Below, piece after piece: positions 33,668 through 40,649 of a stretch of 40,649 bases of DNA. The position numbers and the translations under genes are program-made. Origin of the DNA: Nitrospirota bacterium (GTDB lineage: Bacteria; Nitrospirota; Thermodesulfovibrionia; UBA6902; JACROP01). The stretch covers positions 1 through 40,649 of the forward strand of contig JACROP010000158.1 in the NCBI GenBank assembly GCA_016214385.1, read 5' to 3'. The notes under the pieces are model-generated. The model saw only the letters and a list, made by a program, of their open reading frames with translations, was not told where the DNA came from and did not search any database. The stretch's first letter is position 1. Each line of letters starts with the position of its first letter.

Positions 33668-34642
33668 TCATTTCATTGCCTCTTCCATTATAGATAGATT
33701 GTATCTCATAAGGGCTATATATGTCTCCCTCCCCTTGAGTCCAGCGCCTCCAATGGGATCAAGAAAAAGTACCTTTGCCCCTGACTCCCTCGCTATTGAC
33801 TCTGCTATTTTAGGGCTGAACTGTGGCTCAGCGAATATAACATTAGAGCCTGTTTTTTTAACTTCTTTTATAATTTTTGCTATGTGTTTTGGCCCGGGTT
33901 CTTTTCCAGGGGTTTCAACTATAACTCCGGCAACCCTGAGGCCATAACGTCTTGCAAAGTAGCCCCAGGCTGAATGAAATGTAACAAACTCTTTTATCCT
34001 GAAATTGTTCACCCTCGCTGATATTTCTCTGTCAAGCTGCAGGAGTTTCTCTCTATATAACTTAGAGTTTCTTTGATAAAATTCCGCATTCCGGGGATCA
34101 ACTCTGATAATGGCCTTCTCTATTTTTAGAACTATGTCAGCAGCAATAACCGGGTCAAGCCATATATGAGGGTCTCCTGATTGAGCTTGTCGAATATCTT
34201 CTGCATGTCCTGGTTTTTCATGTCCATTATGTCCTCCGATCTGTTTTATTAATTTTACACCTGATGCCCCTTCTACGACTACAAGCTCTTTTGAGGCTAC
34301 AGCCTTTACTATTTTATCTGCCCAGAATTCAAGGCCAGCCCCTATTTTTACAAAAATCTTTGTACCAGAAAGTTCCCTCATGTCCCTGGGAGTTGGCTCA
34401 AATGTATGTGGACTTGCGCCAGGAGGTAAAAGGACTCTGACATCAACCCTTTCTCCACCCACCTGTTTGACCATATCAGCAAGCGGGAAAATACTCACAG
34501 CGACCTTGATTCTCTCTGATGCCGGGGAATTCTGGGGGAGTAAAAAGCAAATGGCCAGTAAAAAAACAGGAAGAAAGCGAAAAAGTCGGTACGACTCGAT
34601 TCCGGGATTGTTCGGCAATAAGCTTAATTTACATGTATTCAC
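33668..34642 (-). CDS. znuA: Metal ABC transporter substrate-binding protein with His-rich loop (ZnuA-like)
   Basis: Cluster-9 SBP layout. His-rich loop GGHNGHEKPGHAED..GDPHIW. GTG start. The true start may be downstream of the dispersed-motif copy. Confidence 0.8.
   Translation of the reverse strand: MNTCKLSLLPNNPGIESYRLFRFLPVFLLAICFLLPQNSPASERIKVAVSIFPLADMVKQVGGERVDVRVLLPPGASPHTFEPTPRDMRELSGTKIFVKIGAGLEFWADKIVKAVASKELVVVEGASGVKLIKQIGGHNGHEKPGHAEDIRQAQSGDPHIWLDPVIAADIVLKIEKAIIRVDPRNAEFYQRNSKLYREKLLQLDREISARVNNFRIKEFVTFHSAWGYFARRYGLRVAGVIVETPGKEPGPKHIAKIIKEVKKTGSNVIFAEPQFSPKIAESIARESGAKVLFLDPIGGAGLKGRETYIALMRYNLSIMEEAMK
34585..34606. repeat. Dispersed copy of the AGTCG-NNN-CGACTCGATTCCG motif in the 5' end of znuA
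   Basis: GTCGGTACGACTCGATTCCGGG. Encodes PGIESYRL, echoing the LGIESQRL of the GTPase tail. Confidence 0.7.
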
Positions 34643-34647
34643 GGATT

Positions 34648-34694
34648 AAATAATCATACTATTACTCCTTTGCCTTTGCAACATAGTATCATGT
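34648..34694. promoter_or_regulatory. Possible Zur/Fur-type operator pair in the znuA / MFS divergent region
   Basis: AAATAATCATACTATTAC (34648-34665) and ACATAGTATCATGT (34681-94) are near reverse complements (ATCATACTAT / ATAGTATCAT). ATAATCAT resembles a Fur-family half-site. Confidence 0.25.
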
Positions 34695-34707
34695 AAAATC
34701 AGCGAAT

Positions 34708-35928
34708 ATGAAGATGGAGCAACCACTTCTGTCCCTCAGGCATAAAAACTTCCGCATATTCTGGTTCGGACAGATCGTCTCCCTCACAGGCACGTGGATG
34801 CACTCTGTAGGCCAGGGCTGGCTTGTGCTCAAGCTCACAGATTCCCCCTTCTATCTCGGCCTTGTTGGAACTGCCGGTTCACTGCCAATACTCCTGTTCA
34901 CACTATTTGGCGGCATTGCTGCTGACAGATTTCCAAAAAGGGATATATTAATTACAACGCAGATATCATCCATGTTCCTGGCCCTGACTCTCGCAATACT
35001 CACATCCACCGGGATTGTCAATGTATGGCATGTGTTAATCCTTACAGCCATTCTCGGCACAGTCCATGCCTTTGACGTCCCGACAAGACAGTCTTTTATC
35101 ATTGAGATGGTCGGAAGGGAAAGCCTCCTCAATGCAATAGCATTGAATTCTGCTGCCTTCAATGGCGCAAGGATAATAGGGCCAGCAATAGCAGGGCTTG
35201 CCATCGGCTATTTGAGCCTTGAGGCATGCTTCTATATAAATGCTTTGAGCTTCCTCGCAGTCATCATTGCCCTTGGAAAGATGCGGTTTGACCCTTCGAC
35301 AAGCTCAGGGCTGAAAGAAAAGACTTCAAAAATAAAAGAAGAAATGGTTGAGGGCCTGAGGTATATTTCTGGCGAATCAAGGATATATGTCCTTATTATC
35401 TTTGTTGCAATAATAAGCTTCTTCGGGTTTCCATATATCACTTTTCTGCCTGTCTTCGCGCGCGATATCCTCCAGGTAGGGCCAACAGGCCTCGGTCTTT
35501 TGATGAGTTCAGCAGGCGCAGGCGCTTTTATCGGAGCCATGGGCCTTGCCCTGAGAGGCGATGTGCAGAAAAAAGGACTACTCTCTGTATCTGCGGGAAT
35601 TATTTTTTCCCTGGCCCTTATTGTGTTTTCATTTTCAAAGGTCATGTGGCTTTCCTCAGCAATGCTTGTCCTCACCGGCTGGGGAGCACTAACACATCTT
35701 GCAACAGCAAACAGCCTGATACAGCTTGTTGCACCTGACCACCTGAGGGGAAGGGTAATGAGTGCGTATACGCTTTTCTTCCTCGGGATGACGCCGATCG
35801 GAAACTTTGTAGTCGGCACTTTAGCGCATTACGTCGGGACAGGGATTGCAATCGCAATCGGAGCAAAACTCTGCCTTTTAGGTACAATACTGCTGATATG
35901 GAAAAAACCAGAGATTCTAAAAATTTAG
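34708..35928 (+). CDS. MFS transporter (EntS/MFS_3-like)
   Basis: 406 aa, about 12 TM helices, FRIFWFGQIVSLTGTWM N-terminus. Confidence 0.85.
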   Translation: MKMEQPLLSLRHKNFRIFWFGQIVSLTGTWMHSVGQGWLVLKLTDSPFYLGLVGTAGSLPILLFTLFGGIAADRFPKRDILITTQISSMFLALTLAILTSTGIVNVWHVLILTAILGTVHAFDVPTRQSFIIEMVGRESLLNAIALNSAAFNGARIIGPAIAGLAIGYLSLEACFYINALSFLAVIIALGKMRFDPSTSSGLKEKTSKIKEEMVEGLRYISGESRIYVLIIFVAIISFFGFPYITFLPVFARDILQVGPTGLGLLMSSAGAGAFIGAMGLALRGDVQKKGLLSVSAGIIFSLALIVFSFSKVMWLSSAMLVLTGWGALTHLATANSLIQLVAPDHLRGRVMSAYTLFFLGMTPIGNFVVGTLAHYVGTGIAIAIGAKLCLLGTILLIWKKPEILKI

Positions 35929-35932
35929 AAAC

Positions 35933-35964
35933 CAATACTCCAATACTCCATCACTCCAATATCT
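35933..35964. repeat. Tandem octamer repeat (CAATACTC x4, degenerate) between convergent genes
   Basis: caatactc caatactc catcactc caatatct. Confidence 0.7.
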
Positions 35965-36170
35965 TATATCCTGATTCTCCTGTTCAACTCATTTAGAAGC
36001 ACCTTTAAGTCCATACCTTTCTCATCCGCCACTTTGACAACGTTCCATGTAAGGGTGTTTTCATCGCCAAACCCGCAACCACAAAGCCCCAGCTCCAGAA
36101 GATAATCAGTAAGCTCAGGGAACTCCTTCATTATCTCGTGCACCTTTGTAGAGGCTTCTATTTTGTCCAT
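35964..36170 (-). CDS. DUF1858-type small redox-disulfide domain protein
   Basis: 68 aa. VHEIMKEFPELTDYLLELGLCGCGF ... LNELN pattern, typical of DUF1858 from memory. Confidence 0.65.
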   Translation of the reverse strand: MDKIEASTKVHEIMKEFPELTDYLLELGLCGCGFGDENTLTWNVVKVADEKGMDLKVLLNELNRRIRI

Positions 36171-36239
36171 ACTTCTTTCCCCATCCTCTACCTCAGCTTT
36201 CTGAAAGACTATAAGACCTCTCTATTTTGCCATACAAAA

Positions 36240-36248
36240 ATTATATCA
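36240..36248 (-). promoter_or_regulatory. Extended -10 element TGATATAAT upstream of the DUF1858 gene
   Basis: The minus strand reads TGaTATAAT, ~70 nt upstream of ATG 36170. Confidence 0.35.
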
Positions 36249-36308
36249 TGCATTGTTTCCGCGCTTCAGAATAGTTATTGATGTCATATTAAACCCCTCC
36301 TTGCTCTA

Positions 36309-36692
36309 TTACGACTTTTCCAGGTTTATAATCCTTACTCCTCTCTTCTTATATGCTTCAAAGTGAGAATCTGTAGTATATATCTCAATACACCCTGCAT
36401 TGATCAGAGAAGATAAAATCAGGGCATCAAGACCCGGAATCTTGAGATCGTGGGCAAGATGTCCAGCCTTCAGGGCTGCCTCTACAGTTAAGGGTACAAT
36501 CGTAACTGCCTTCTGGATATCTTCAATCATTGATGCCCATTGTTCAAAACTACCTTGCAGTAATTTTTTCTGAAGCTCATACATAACAACTACTGAGGTA
36601 ACGACCTCTGTTCTTTCATCCCATACCTTCATAGCTATCGGGTCTCTTATTTCAAGAGAGAAGAAAAATCCTGTATCAATTCCTGTTTTCAT
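36309..36692 (-). CDS. vapC: PIN-domain toxin (VapC)
   Basis: Acidic quartet IDTGFF, YEL, GLDALIL, TTDSHF. Start set at ATG 36692, overlapping the antitoxin stop by 17 nt. Confidence 0.8.
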   Translation of the reverse strand: MKTGIDTGFFFSLEIRDPIAMKVWDERTEVVTSVVVMYELQKKLLQGSFEQWASMIEDIQKAVTIVPLTVEAALKAGHLAHDLKIPGLDALILSSLINAGCIEIYTTDSHFEAYKKRGVRIINLEKS

Positions 36693-36924
36693 CCGCCATA
36701 GTCCTTTCTTTGTGGAGTTTATCCCATCCTTCTTTTCCACCTAAAGGATGCTTCTCAATAATAAGCCTAAACAGCTTCTCCTTAGCCGACTTCCTTTCTT
36801 TAACAGAGAGATAGCTCTCCAATGCCTCACTGATTATTTTAGAGACAGTTACCTTTTCTTTTTTGGCCCTTGATTTAACAGCATTAAGTAATTTTTGATT
36901 GAGATAAAATCCAACCCCTGGCAT
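36676..36924 (-). CDS. vapB: Ribbon-helix-helix antitoxin (VapB/CopG-like)
   Basis: 82 aa. GFYLNQKLLNAVKSRAKKEKVTVSKIISEALESYL fits beta-alpha-alpha. Sits immediately upstream of the PIN gene. Confidence 0.75.
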   Translation of the reverse strand: MPGVGFYLNQKLLNAVKSRAKKEKVTVSKIISEALESYLSVKERKSAKEKLFRLIIEKHPLGGKEGWDKLHKERTMADENRN

Positions 36925-37068
36925 CTTTACTCACCCCCTATGTTTTATATTAATATTAAGAATAGAATATCATATATAATATCATATATGAGAAAAATGT
37001 CAAACACAATTTGCTTCAATTCTTGTTTTATTGGAGGTATCTTTCAGACTTGGTCAAAGTGTGCGTCT

Positions 37069-37095
37069 AAAACGGGGGCAGTTTGCCCCCGTTTC
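37069..37095 (-). terminator. Rho-independent terminator after the secreted-protein gene
   Basis: ACGGGGGCA-aac-TGCCCCCGT followed by TTTTAG on the minus strand, starting a few nt after the stop at 37100. Confidence 0.65.
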
Positions 37096-37099
37096 TTTG

Positions 37100-37636
37100 T
37101 TATTCCTTCCCGAGGGCAAATGTCTTGACAGCGTGGTCAAAGACTTTCTTGTCCACCTTACCTTTCTCACCGTGAAGAACGACCATATACTGCTTTCCAT
37201 CCTTTAGATACTGGGCGGTATGCTTTTCAAACTCCTTTCCGCCATCTTTCCATGTGGTCATGATGTAGTTTCCCTTTTCACCTGCTATTGTGAGAGCGCC
37301 CTCTTTGACCACCTTATGGCCTTTACCCTCGTACCTCTTGTTTTCTGCATCGATCCTCCATTTCTTGAAGTCTGCGAGTGTGAATGAGGATGCCTGTACT
37401 TTTCTGAGGTATACACCTTCTATGGTAGCGCCACTTTTCGCGTCTTTGAAGAAAATCATAAGAAGCTTCTCATCCAGGTCCTTATACCCTGGCGCCCAGC
37501 CGGCCGGAACCTCCATCTCGAATCTGGTGCCTGACAATTTTACTGTCTGGTCTGAGGCCTCAACGGCTGAAACCGCGCCAATCGAAACAACCAGGAACAG
37601 AGCCATCACTAACATAAAAAGCCTTAGAATTTGCAT
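37100..37636 (-). CDS. Secreted protein of unknown function (178 aa)
   Basis: Signal peptide MQILRLFMLVMALFLVVSIGAVSAVEA. SD GGGGAGGA. The mixed beta-rich, Lys-rich body might be PsbP/DcrB-like, which is a guess only. Confidence 0.7.
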   Translation of the reverse strand: MQILRLFMLVMALFLVVSIGAVSAVEASDQTVKLSGTRFEMEVPAGWAPGYKDLDEKLLMIFFKDAKSGATIEGVYLRKVQASSFTLADFKKWRIDAENKRYEGKGHKVVKEGALTIAGEKGNYIMTTWKDGGKEFEKHTAQYLKDGKQYMVVLHGEKGKVDKKVFDHAVKTFALGKE

Positions 37637-37877
37637 CTCGTCCTCCCCGTCAAGTTATGTAGGATGCCCATGGCATCCGATTGAAAGAATTGATGATACG
37701 AAAATGATCCTCTTCCCTCACCTCCCTTCGTAGCGTCTTATCCTTGATTGGCAGAATAACTGAGCCTTAGGAGTGTTTTAGGAAAATGCTATCAAACCCT
37801 CTGTTTTGTGTCAAGCGTTTTGCTTGCCTATGTTTAATTGGCTGCCTCAGGGATTTCTTATCATCCCTTAACCTCAT

Positions 37878-37909
37878 GTTTCAATCCACGCTCCCGCGCG
37901 GGGAGCGAC
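37878..37909 (-). CRISPR. Single type I-C CRISPR repeat with no spacers
   Basis: The minus strand reads GTCGCTCCCCGCGCGGGAGCGTGGATTGAAAC: 32 nt, 7-bp stem, ATTGAAAC 3' end. Positioned downstream of cas2 in the same orientation. No second copy exists in the window. Confidence 0.6.
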
Positions 37910-38095
37910 TGTTAAACTATAAATCATTTAAAAATAAACTACTTACCTACAGCTTTTTGCGAACCCTTCAATACACAATTCCAAAAAATTCAGTTGTCAA
38001 AGAGCAATATAAAAACTTTCATTATTCCAAAACAACTTTCAATCGCTGCGAATTACATAAACAAACAATGTGAGCTCCCGGTTCGCAACGACAAC
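37910..38095 (-). promoter_or_regulatory. AT-rich CRISPR leader between the cas2 stop and the repeat
   Basis: 186 nt, visibly AT-rich, non-coding. The plus-strand ORF 37786..38073 over it is judged spurious. Confidence 0.45.
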
Positions 38096-38383
38096 TTAAA
38101 CGATCAAAGGTCCTTCCTGATCAATTGGTTCTTTCGCTCCAACGTGCTCGACCCGATGTTTCCAGTTTGATCCGAGATAATAAAATCTCAGGCTGTCCTT
38201 CTCAGGATCAATTTCGGAAATCAATCTCTCTTTTAACTTTGTCCACTGTGCAGGATCAACAATGCATTCGAATACAGAATATTGAACCCTCTGCCCGAAA
38301 TCCTTACATGCGCGTGCCACCCTTCGCAAGCGGCGCGGGCCGGTATCATCTGTGGCAACGTCATAGCTTATTAGCACAAACAT
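38096..38383 (-). CDS. cas2: CRISPR-associated endoribonuclease Cas2
   Basis: [40 protein letters not shown]. Confidence 0.95.
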   Translation of the reverse strand: MFVLISYDVATDDTGPRRLRRVARACKDFGQRVQYSVFECIVDPAQWTKLKERLISEIDPEKDSLRFYYLGSNWKHRVEHVGAKEPIDQEGPLIV

Positions 38384-38404
38384 TTCAATTCACCTTTTAT
38401 CTTT

Positions 38405-38492
38405 CCCCTCTTTGTAAAAGAGGGGTGAGGGGAGATTTTTCAATAACGATTTACCTGAAAATCCCCCATCAGCCCCCTTTTTCAAAGGGGGC
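38405..38492. repeat. Triple-hairpin palindromic element inserted between cas1 and cas2
   Basis: CCCCTC-tttgtaaaa-GAGGGG, then GGGGAgATTTT...AAAATCCCC, then GCCCCC-tttttcaaa-GGGGGC. Same C-run/G-run arm style as the in-frame insertions at 9287 and 20141. Confidence 0.65.
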
Positions 38493-38507
38493 AATTTTTA
38501 GCACTCC

Positions 38508-39539
38508 TCACTTCCATATAAACGGAGGATAGTTGTCAATATCTCCACGCAGATAGCGCGCCATCAATAACGCCTGTACATAGGGTAAAAGACCGATTGC
38601 AACCTTCTCTTTTAGAAATGGATGTTCTATCTCCTCCTGTTTACGTTTCTGATAGGCTACCAGCACTGTCTTCCTTGTATCATCATCCATCCACACTGCT
38701 CCAGACTCTTTCTTTTTGAATCCTTTCCCCTGCACCTGACATAGATTAATCAATGAAAGAGTGAGACGATCAGCAATATACGGCCTGAATTCCTCCATCA
38801 GGTCGAGTGCAAGACTATAGCGCCCCGGCCTATCCCTGTGCAAAAAACCAACTGCGGGATCAAGCCCAACAGATTCGAGGGCTGAACGGACATCATGCAT
38901 TAAGAGTGTATAAATAAACGAAAGCAGACAGTTTACATTATCCAGAGGCGGCCTTCGGTTCCGCTCGTGAAAAGTAAAATCATCCTTCTGCGATGTAATC
39001 AGATGATCAAAGACCTCAAAATAGGCGTCTGCCGATTCTCCTTCTATTCCGCGCAAGATATCGAGAGATGATTCAGATTGCAATCTTCTCATTGCATTTG
39101 CAAGCTTCTGTGAAGCATCTGAAATCGCATCCGTATCAATTTTTTCAGAATGATCTCTCAATAATCTCTGAAGCACTGTTCGGCAGTTTGCAATCTTTCC
39201 GGTCAATACAGCCTTGGCTATCTCAGCGGAAGAATTCATATCATCTGCGCGGCGGTACTGCTCCCGCCTGAGAAGCACATTTCCCGATACAGGCCCCTGG
39301 ACCTTTGCGAGAAATCCCCCGTTCTCAGTGAGAAAACTGATGGCTACACCATTTTCAGCGCAGAAGCCCATCAAGTAAGGACTGCATGATACCTGCCCAA
39401 AGCAGACAATCCCACCGAGTGTGTGAACAGGCAGGCGCATGGATATTTCTCCGTCAACCTTGACGATAACAGTCTCGCCCTCTTTTGAAAGATACGCTCC
39501 CTGAGTCGTTACAAAGAGAGTGTTAAGAAGCTTTTTCAT
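38508..39539 (-). CDS. cas1: CRISPR-associated integrase Cas1 (type I-C-like)
   Basis: 343 aa. MKKLLNTLFVTTQGAYLSKEGETV...VHTLGGIVCFG, conserved acidic/His core. ATGA overlap with cas4. Confidence 0.95.
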   Translation of the reverse strand: MKKLLNTLFVTTQGAYLSKEGETVIVKVDGEISMRLPVHTLGGIVCFGQVSCSPYLMGFCAENGVAISFLTENGGFLAKVQGPVSGNVLLRREQYRRADDMNSSAEIAKAVLTGKIANCRTVLQRLLRDHSEKIDTDAISDASQKLANAMRRLQSESSLDILRGIEGESADAYFEVFDHLITSQKDDFTFHERNRRPPLDNVNCLLSFIYTLLMHDVRSALESVGLDPAVGFLHRDRPGRYSLALDLMEEFRPYIADRLTLSLINLCQVQGKGFKKKESGAVWMDDDTRKTVLVAYQKRKQEEIEHPFLKEKVAIGLLPYVQALLMARYLRGDIDNYPPFIWK

Positions 39540-40162
39540 TCATGCCTCATCGCATTGACAAGATAGTTACTCGCCTTCCTGTTTACCTTCGGCATACACA
39601 GATTCAATAGAGAACATTTCTTGCACTTCTTTGAATATTCGGCCTTTGGAGTAATTCCGGATTCGATCAGCTCATGAACTTTCTTTGCCGCGTCCACCGT
39701 CTCCTGCCTCAATTTGGCGTCGAACATAACTTCTTCCCTGCGATGCGTCCGCCCATAAAAAAGCGCACCCTTTTCGATTTCAACATTGAGCATCTCCTCA
39801 AGACAGATCGCTTGCGCGCAAAGCTGAACTTTGTCGCAATCATCCATTTTGGGCTTTCCCCGCTTGTATTCCACGGGAAAAGGAATCCACGTCCCATTAT
39901 CTTTTTTGTGAAACTCCACCACATCCGCCTTGCCGATTAAGCCGAGCCTGAGTGAACGCATCGGCACACCGTAATCAATACGAACCTTACCCCGCACTTC
40001 CCTGTTTGCAGTATCAACTTTGTCGTGCATAATCCTGCCTTCGGCGGTAAACAAGTTCTCGCTCCAGAGCTGCTCAATGTGAATTAAGGCGCACTGCCTT
40101 TCGCAGAACATAAAGTGCTGTAAGGATGAAAGCTGGATTAAATCATCCTCGGTGTAACTCAA
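39536..40162 (-). CDS. cas4: CRISPR-associated exonuclease Cas4 (RecB-like, Fe-S)
   Basis: EDDLIQLSSLQHFMFCERQCALIHIEQLW, GKADVVEF...VEYKRGK, C-terminal CKKCSLLNLC. TTG start with AGGAGGAAG upstream. Confidence 0.9.
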   Translation of the reverse strand: MSYTEDDLIQLSSLQHFMFCERQCALIHIEQLWSENLFTAEGRIMHDKVDTANREVRGKVRIDYGVPMRSLRLGLIGKADVVEFHKKDNGTWIPFPVEYKRGKPKMDDCDKVQLCAQAICLEEMLNVEIEKGALFYGRTHRREEVMFDAKLRQETVDAAKKVHELIESGITPKAEYSKKCKKCSLLNLCMPKVNRKASNYLVNAMRHE

Positions 40163-40649
40163 GTTTTCTTCCTCCTATTGCGCACTTGCGAGCGCGCCTG
40201 ATAAAGTCTTTCAGTGAACCCGCCCTCAGTCAGGAATTGCTGTTCAAGCCTCTGAAGCTGCCGCCTCAAAAGATAACTGGCTTGGTTTATCAGGCAAATA
40301 AGAGTGTTCGCCGCAACTTCAGGCGAAACTGTCTTCAGAGAATAGGGGTCAGACCCGTCGGACCTGTCAGACATGTCAGACTGATACTTTTCCCTGATCG
40401 CAAGCGCCTCTGGTGAATCCTTAGCCCAAACACGCAAGCCCTTCTGTCGGAGGAATGCCTGAAAGTCCAGCAACAATTCTTCCAGACTCGCCCGGGCCAC
40501 CCCGGTCAGCTTGAGCTCCATCTTTTTCGAGGTTGCAGACGCCATACTTCCCTCGGCAATGTTCTGCACCCCGCTCCGCGCCGCCTGCACCATCTGATCA
40601 TGCGTACGCGACCTCTTGTCGATAAACCGGTCGCAAAAGATCACGGTAG
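40159..40649 (-). CDS. Four-helix-bundle protein (23S rRNA-intervening-sequence / Avd-like family) with C-terminal suffix domain; 5' end cut by the window edge
   Basis: QMVQAARSGVQNIAEGS resembles the family signature as remembered. An (SDx)4 linker is followed by LICLINQASYLLRRQLQRLEQQFLTEGGFTERL. The frame is open to the window edge. TTGA overlap with the cas4 start. Confidence 0.7.
   Translation of the reverse strand, partial: TVIFCDRFIDKRSRTHDQMVQAARSGVQNIAEGSMASATSKKMELKLTGVARASLEELLLDFQAFLRQKGLRVWAKDSPEALAIREKYQSDMSDRSDGSDPYSLKTVSPEVAANTLICLINQASYLLRRQLQRLEQQFLTEGGFTERLYQARSQVRNRRKKT
40346..40381. repeat. Four tandem 9-mers (nnGTCRGAC) encoding the (SDx)4 linker
   Basis: gggtcagac ccgtcggac ctgtcagac atgtcagac. 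The GTCAGAC core resembles the GTCAGAG/GTCAGGG heptamers at 19051. Confidence 0.7.

Noticed and set aside
36246-36287. 13-codon mini-ORF MTSITILKRGNNA with a strong AAGGAGGGG RBS after vapC
   Set aside because: It is too short to support as a gene from sequence alone. It is mentioned under the islet finding as a possible leader peptide.
36693-36740. 16-codon extension of vapC
   Set aside because: ATG 36692 gives the usual PIN N-terminus (MKTGIDTGFF) and the typical short overlap with the antitoxin gene.
37832-37863. Possible second (degenerate) CRISPR repeat starting GTTTAATTGG
   Set aside because: Only about 12/32 matches to the repeat and 14 nt from it, which is incompatible with a spacer. 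The candidates at 37803 and 38036 are no better.
37786-38073. 95-aa plus-strand ORF
   Set aside because: It spans the CRISPR repeat and the AT-rich leader, has a low-complexity sequence and no RBS. The region is better explained as non-coding.

Overview
Gene-dense window of about 40.6 kb, AT-leaning by eye, apparently from a sulfate-reducing bacterium. Phylum is not determinable from the sequence alone. Left edge (minus strand): the dissimilatory sulfate-activation cluster adk, sat, a small unknown ORF, aprB, aprA and qmoA. Next come nucleotide and housekeeping genes (rdgB, dcd, pyrF, a TrpE/PabB-family enzyme), an MglA-like GTPase with a repeat-bearing tail, a coiled-coil lipoprotein, an L,D-transpeptidase and a Lon-like protease. 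An LPS-core cluster follows (LpxL-family acyltransferase, WaaF-GmhB fusion, a GT9 heptosyltransferase, DUF3108, GT2, ugd), then tpiA-secG and a HAMP-GAF-HD-GYP protein. A minus-strand block (34642 down to 25108) runs znuACB, FAD oxidoreductase, Cache histidine kinase and sigma-54 response regulator. A regulatory gap with a good -24/-12 promoter then precedes a 9-10-haem cytochrome c. The right end holds an MFS gene, DUF1858, vapBC, an orphan secreted protein, one lone type I-C CRISPR repeat with its leader, then cas2, cas1, cas4 and a four-helix-bundle (23S-IVS/Avd-like) gene coupled to cas4 and cut by the window edge. Several short repeat families run across the whole window: 7-nt tandem repeats, GC-rich palindromes, CCCCGA-N4-TCGGGG hairpins and a 22-nt dispersed motif. 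Many copies sit in frame inside otherwise ordinary genes. The best candidates for something undescribed are the four-helix-bundle gene inside the cas operon with its spacer-less array, the sigma-54/Cache/oxidoreductase/multihaem cytochrome module, and the in-frame repeat insertions. All functional calls rest on motif recognition in the supplied translations; no database search was run.
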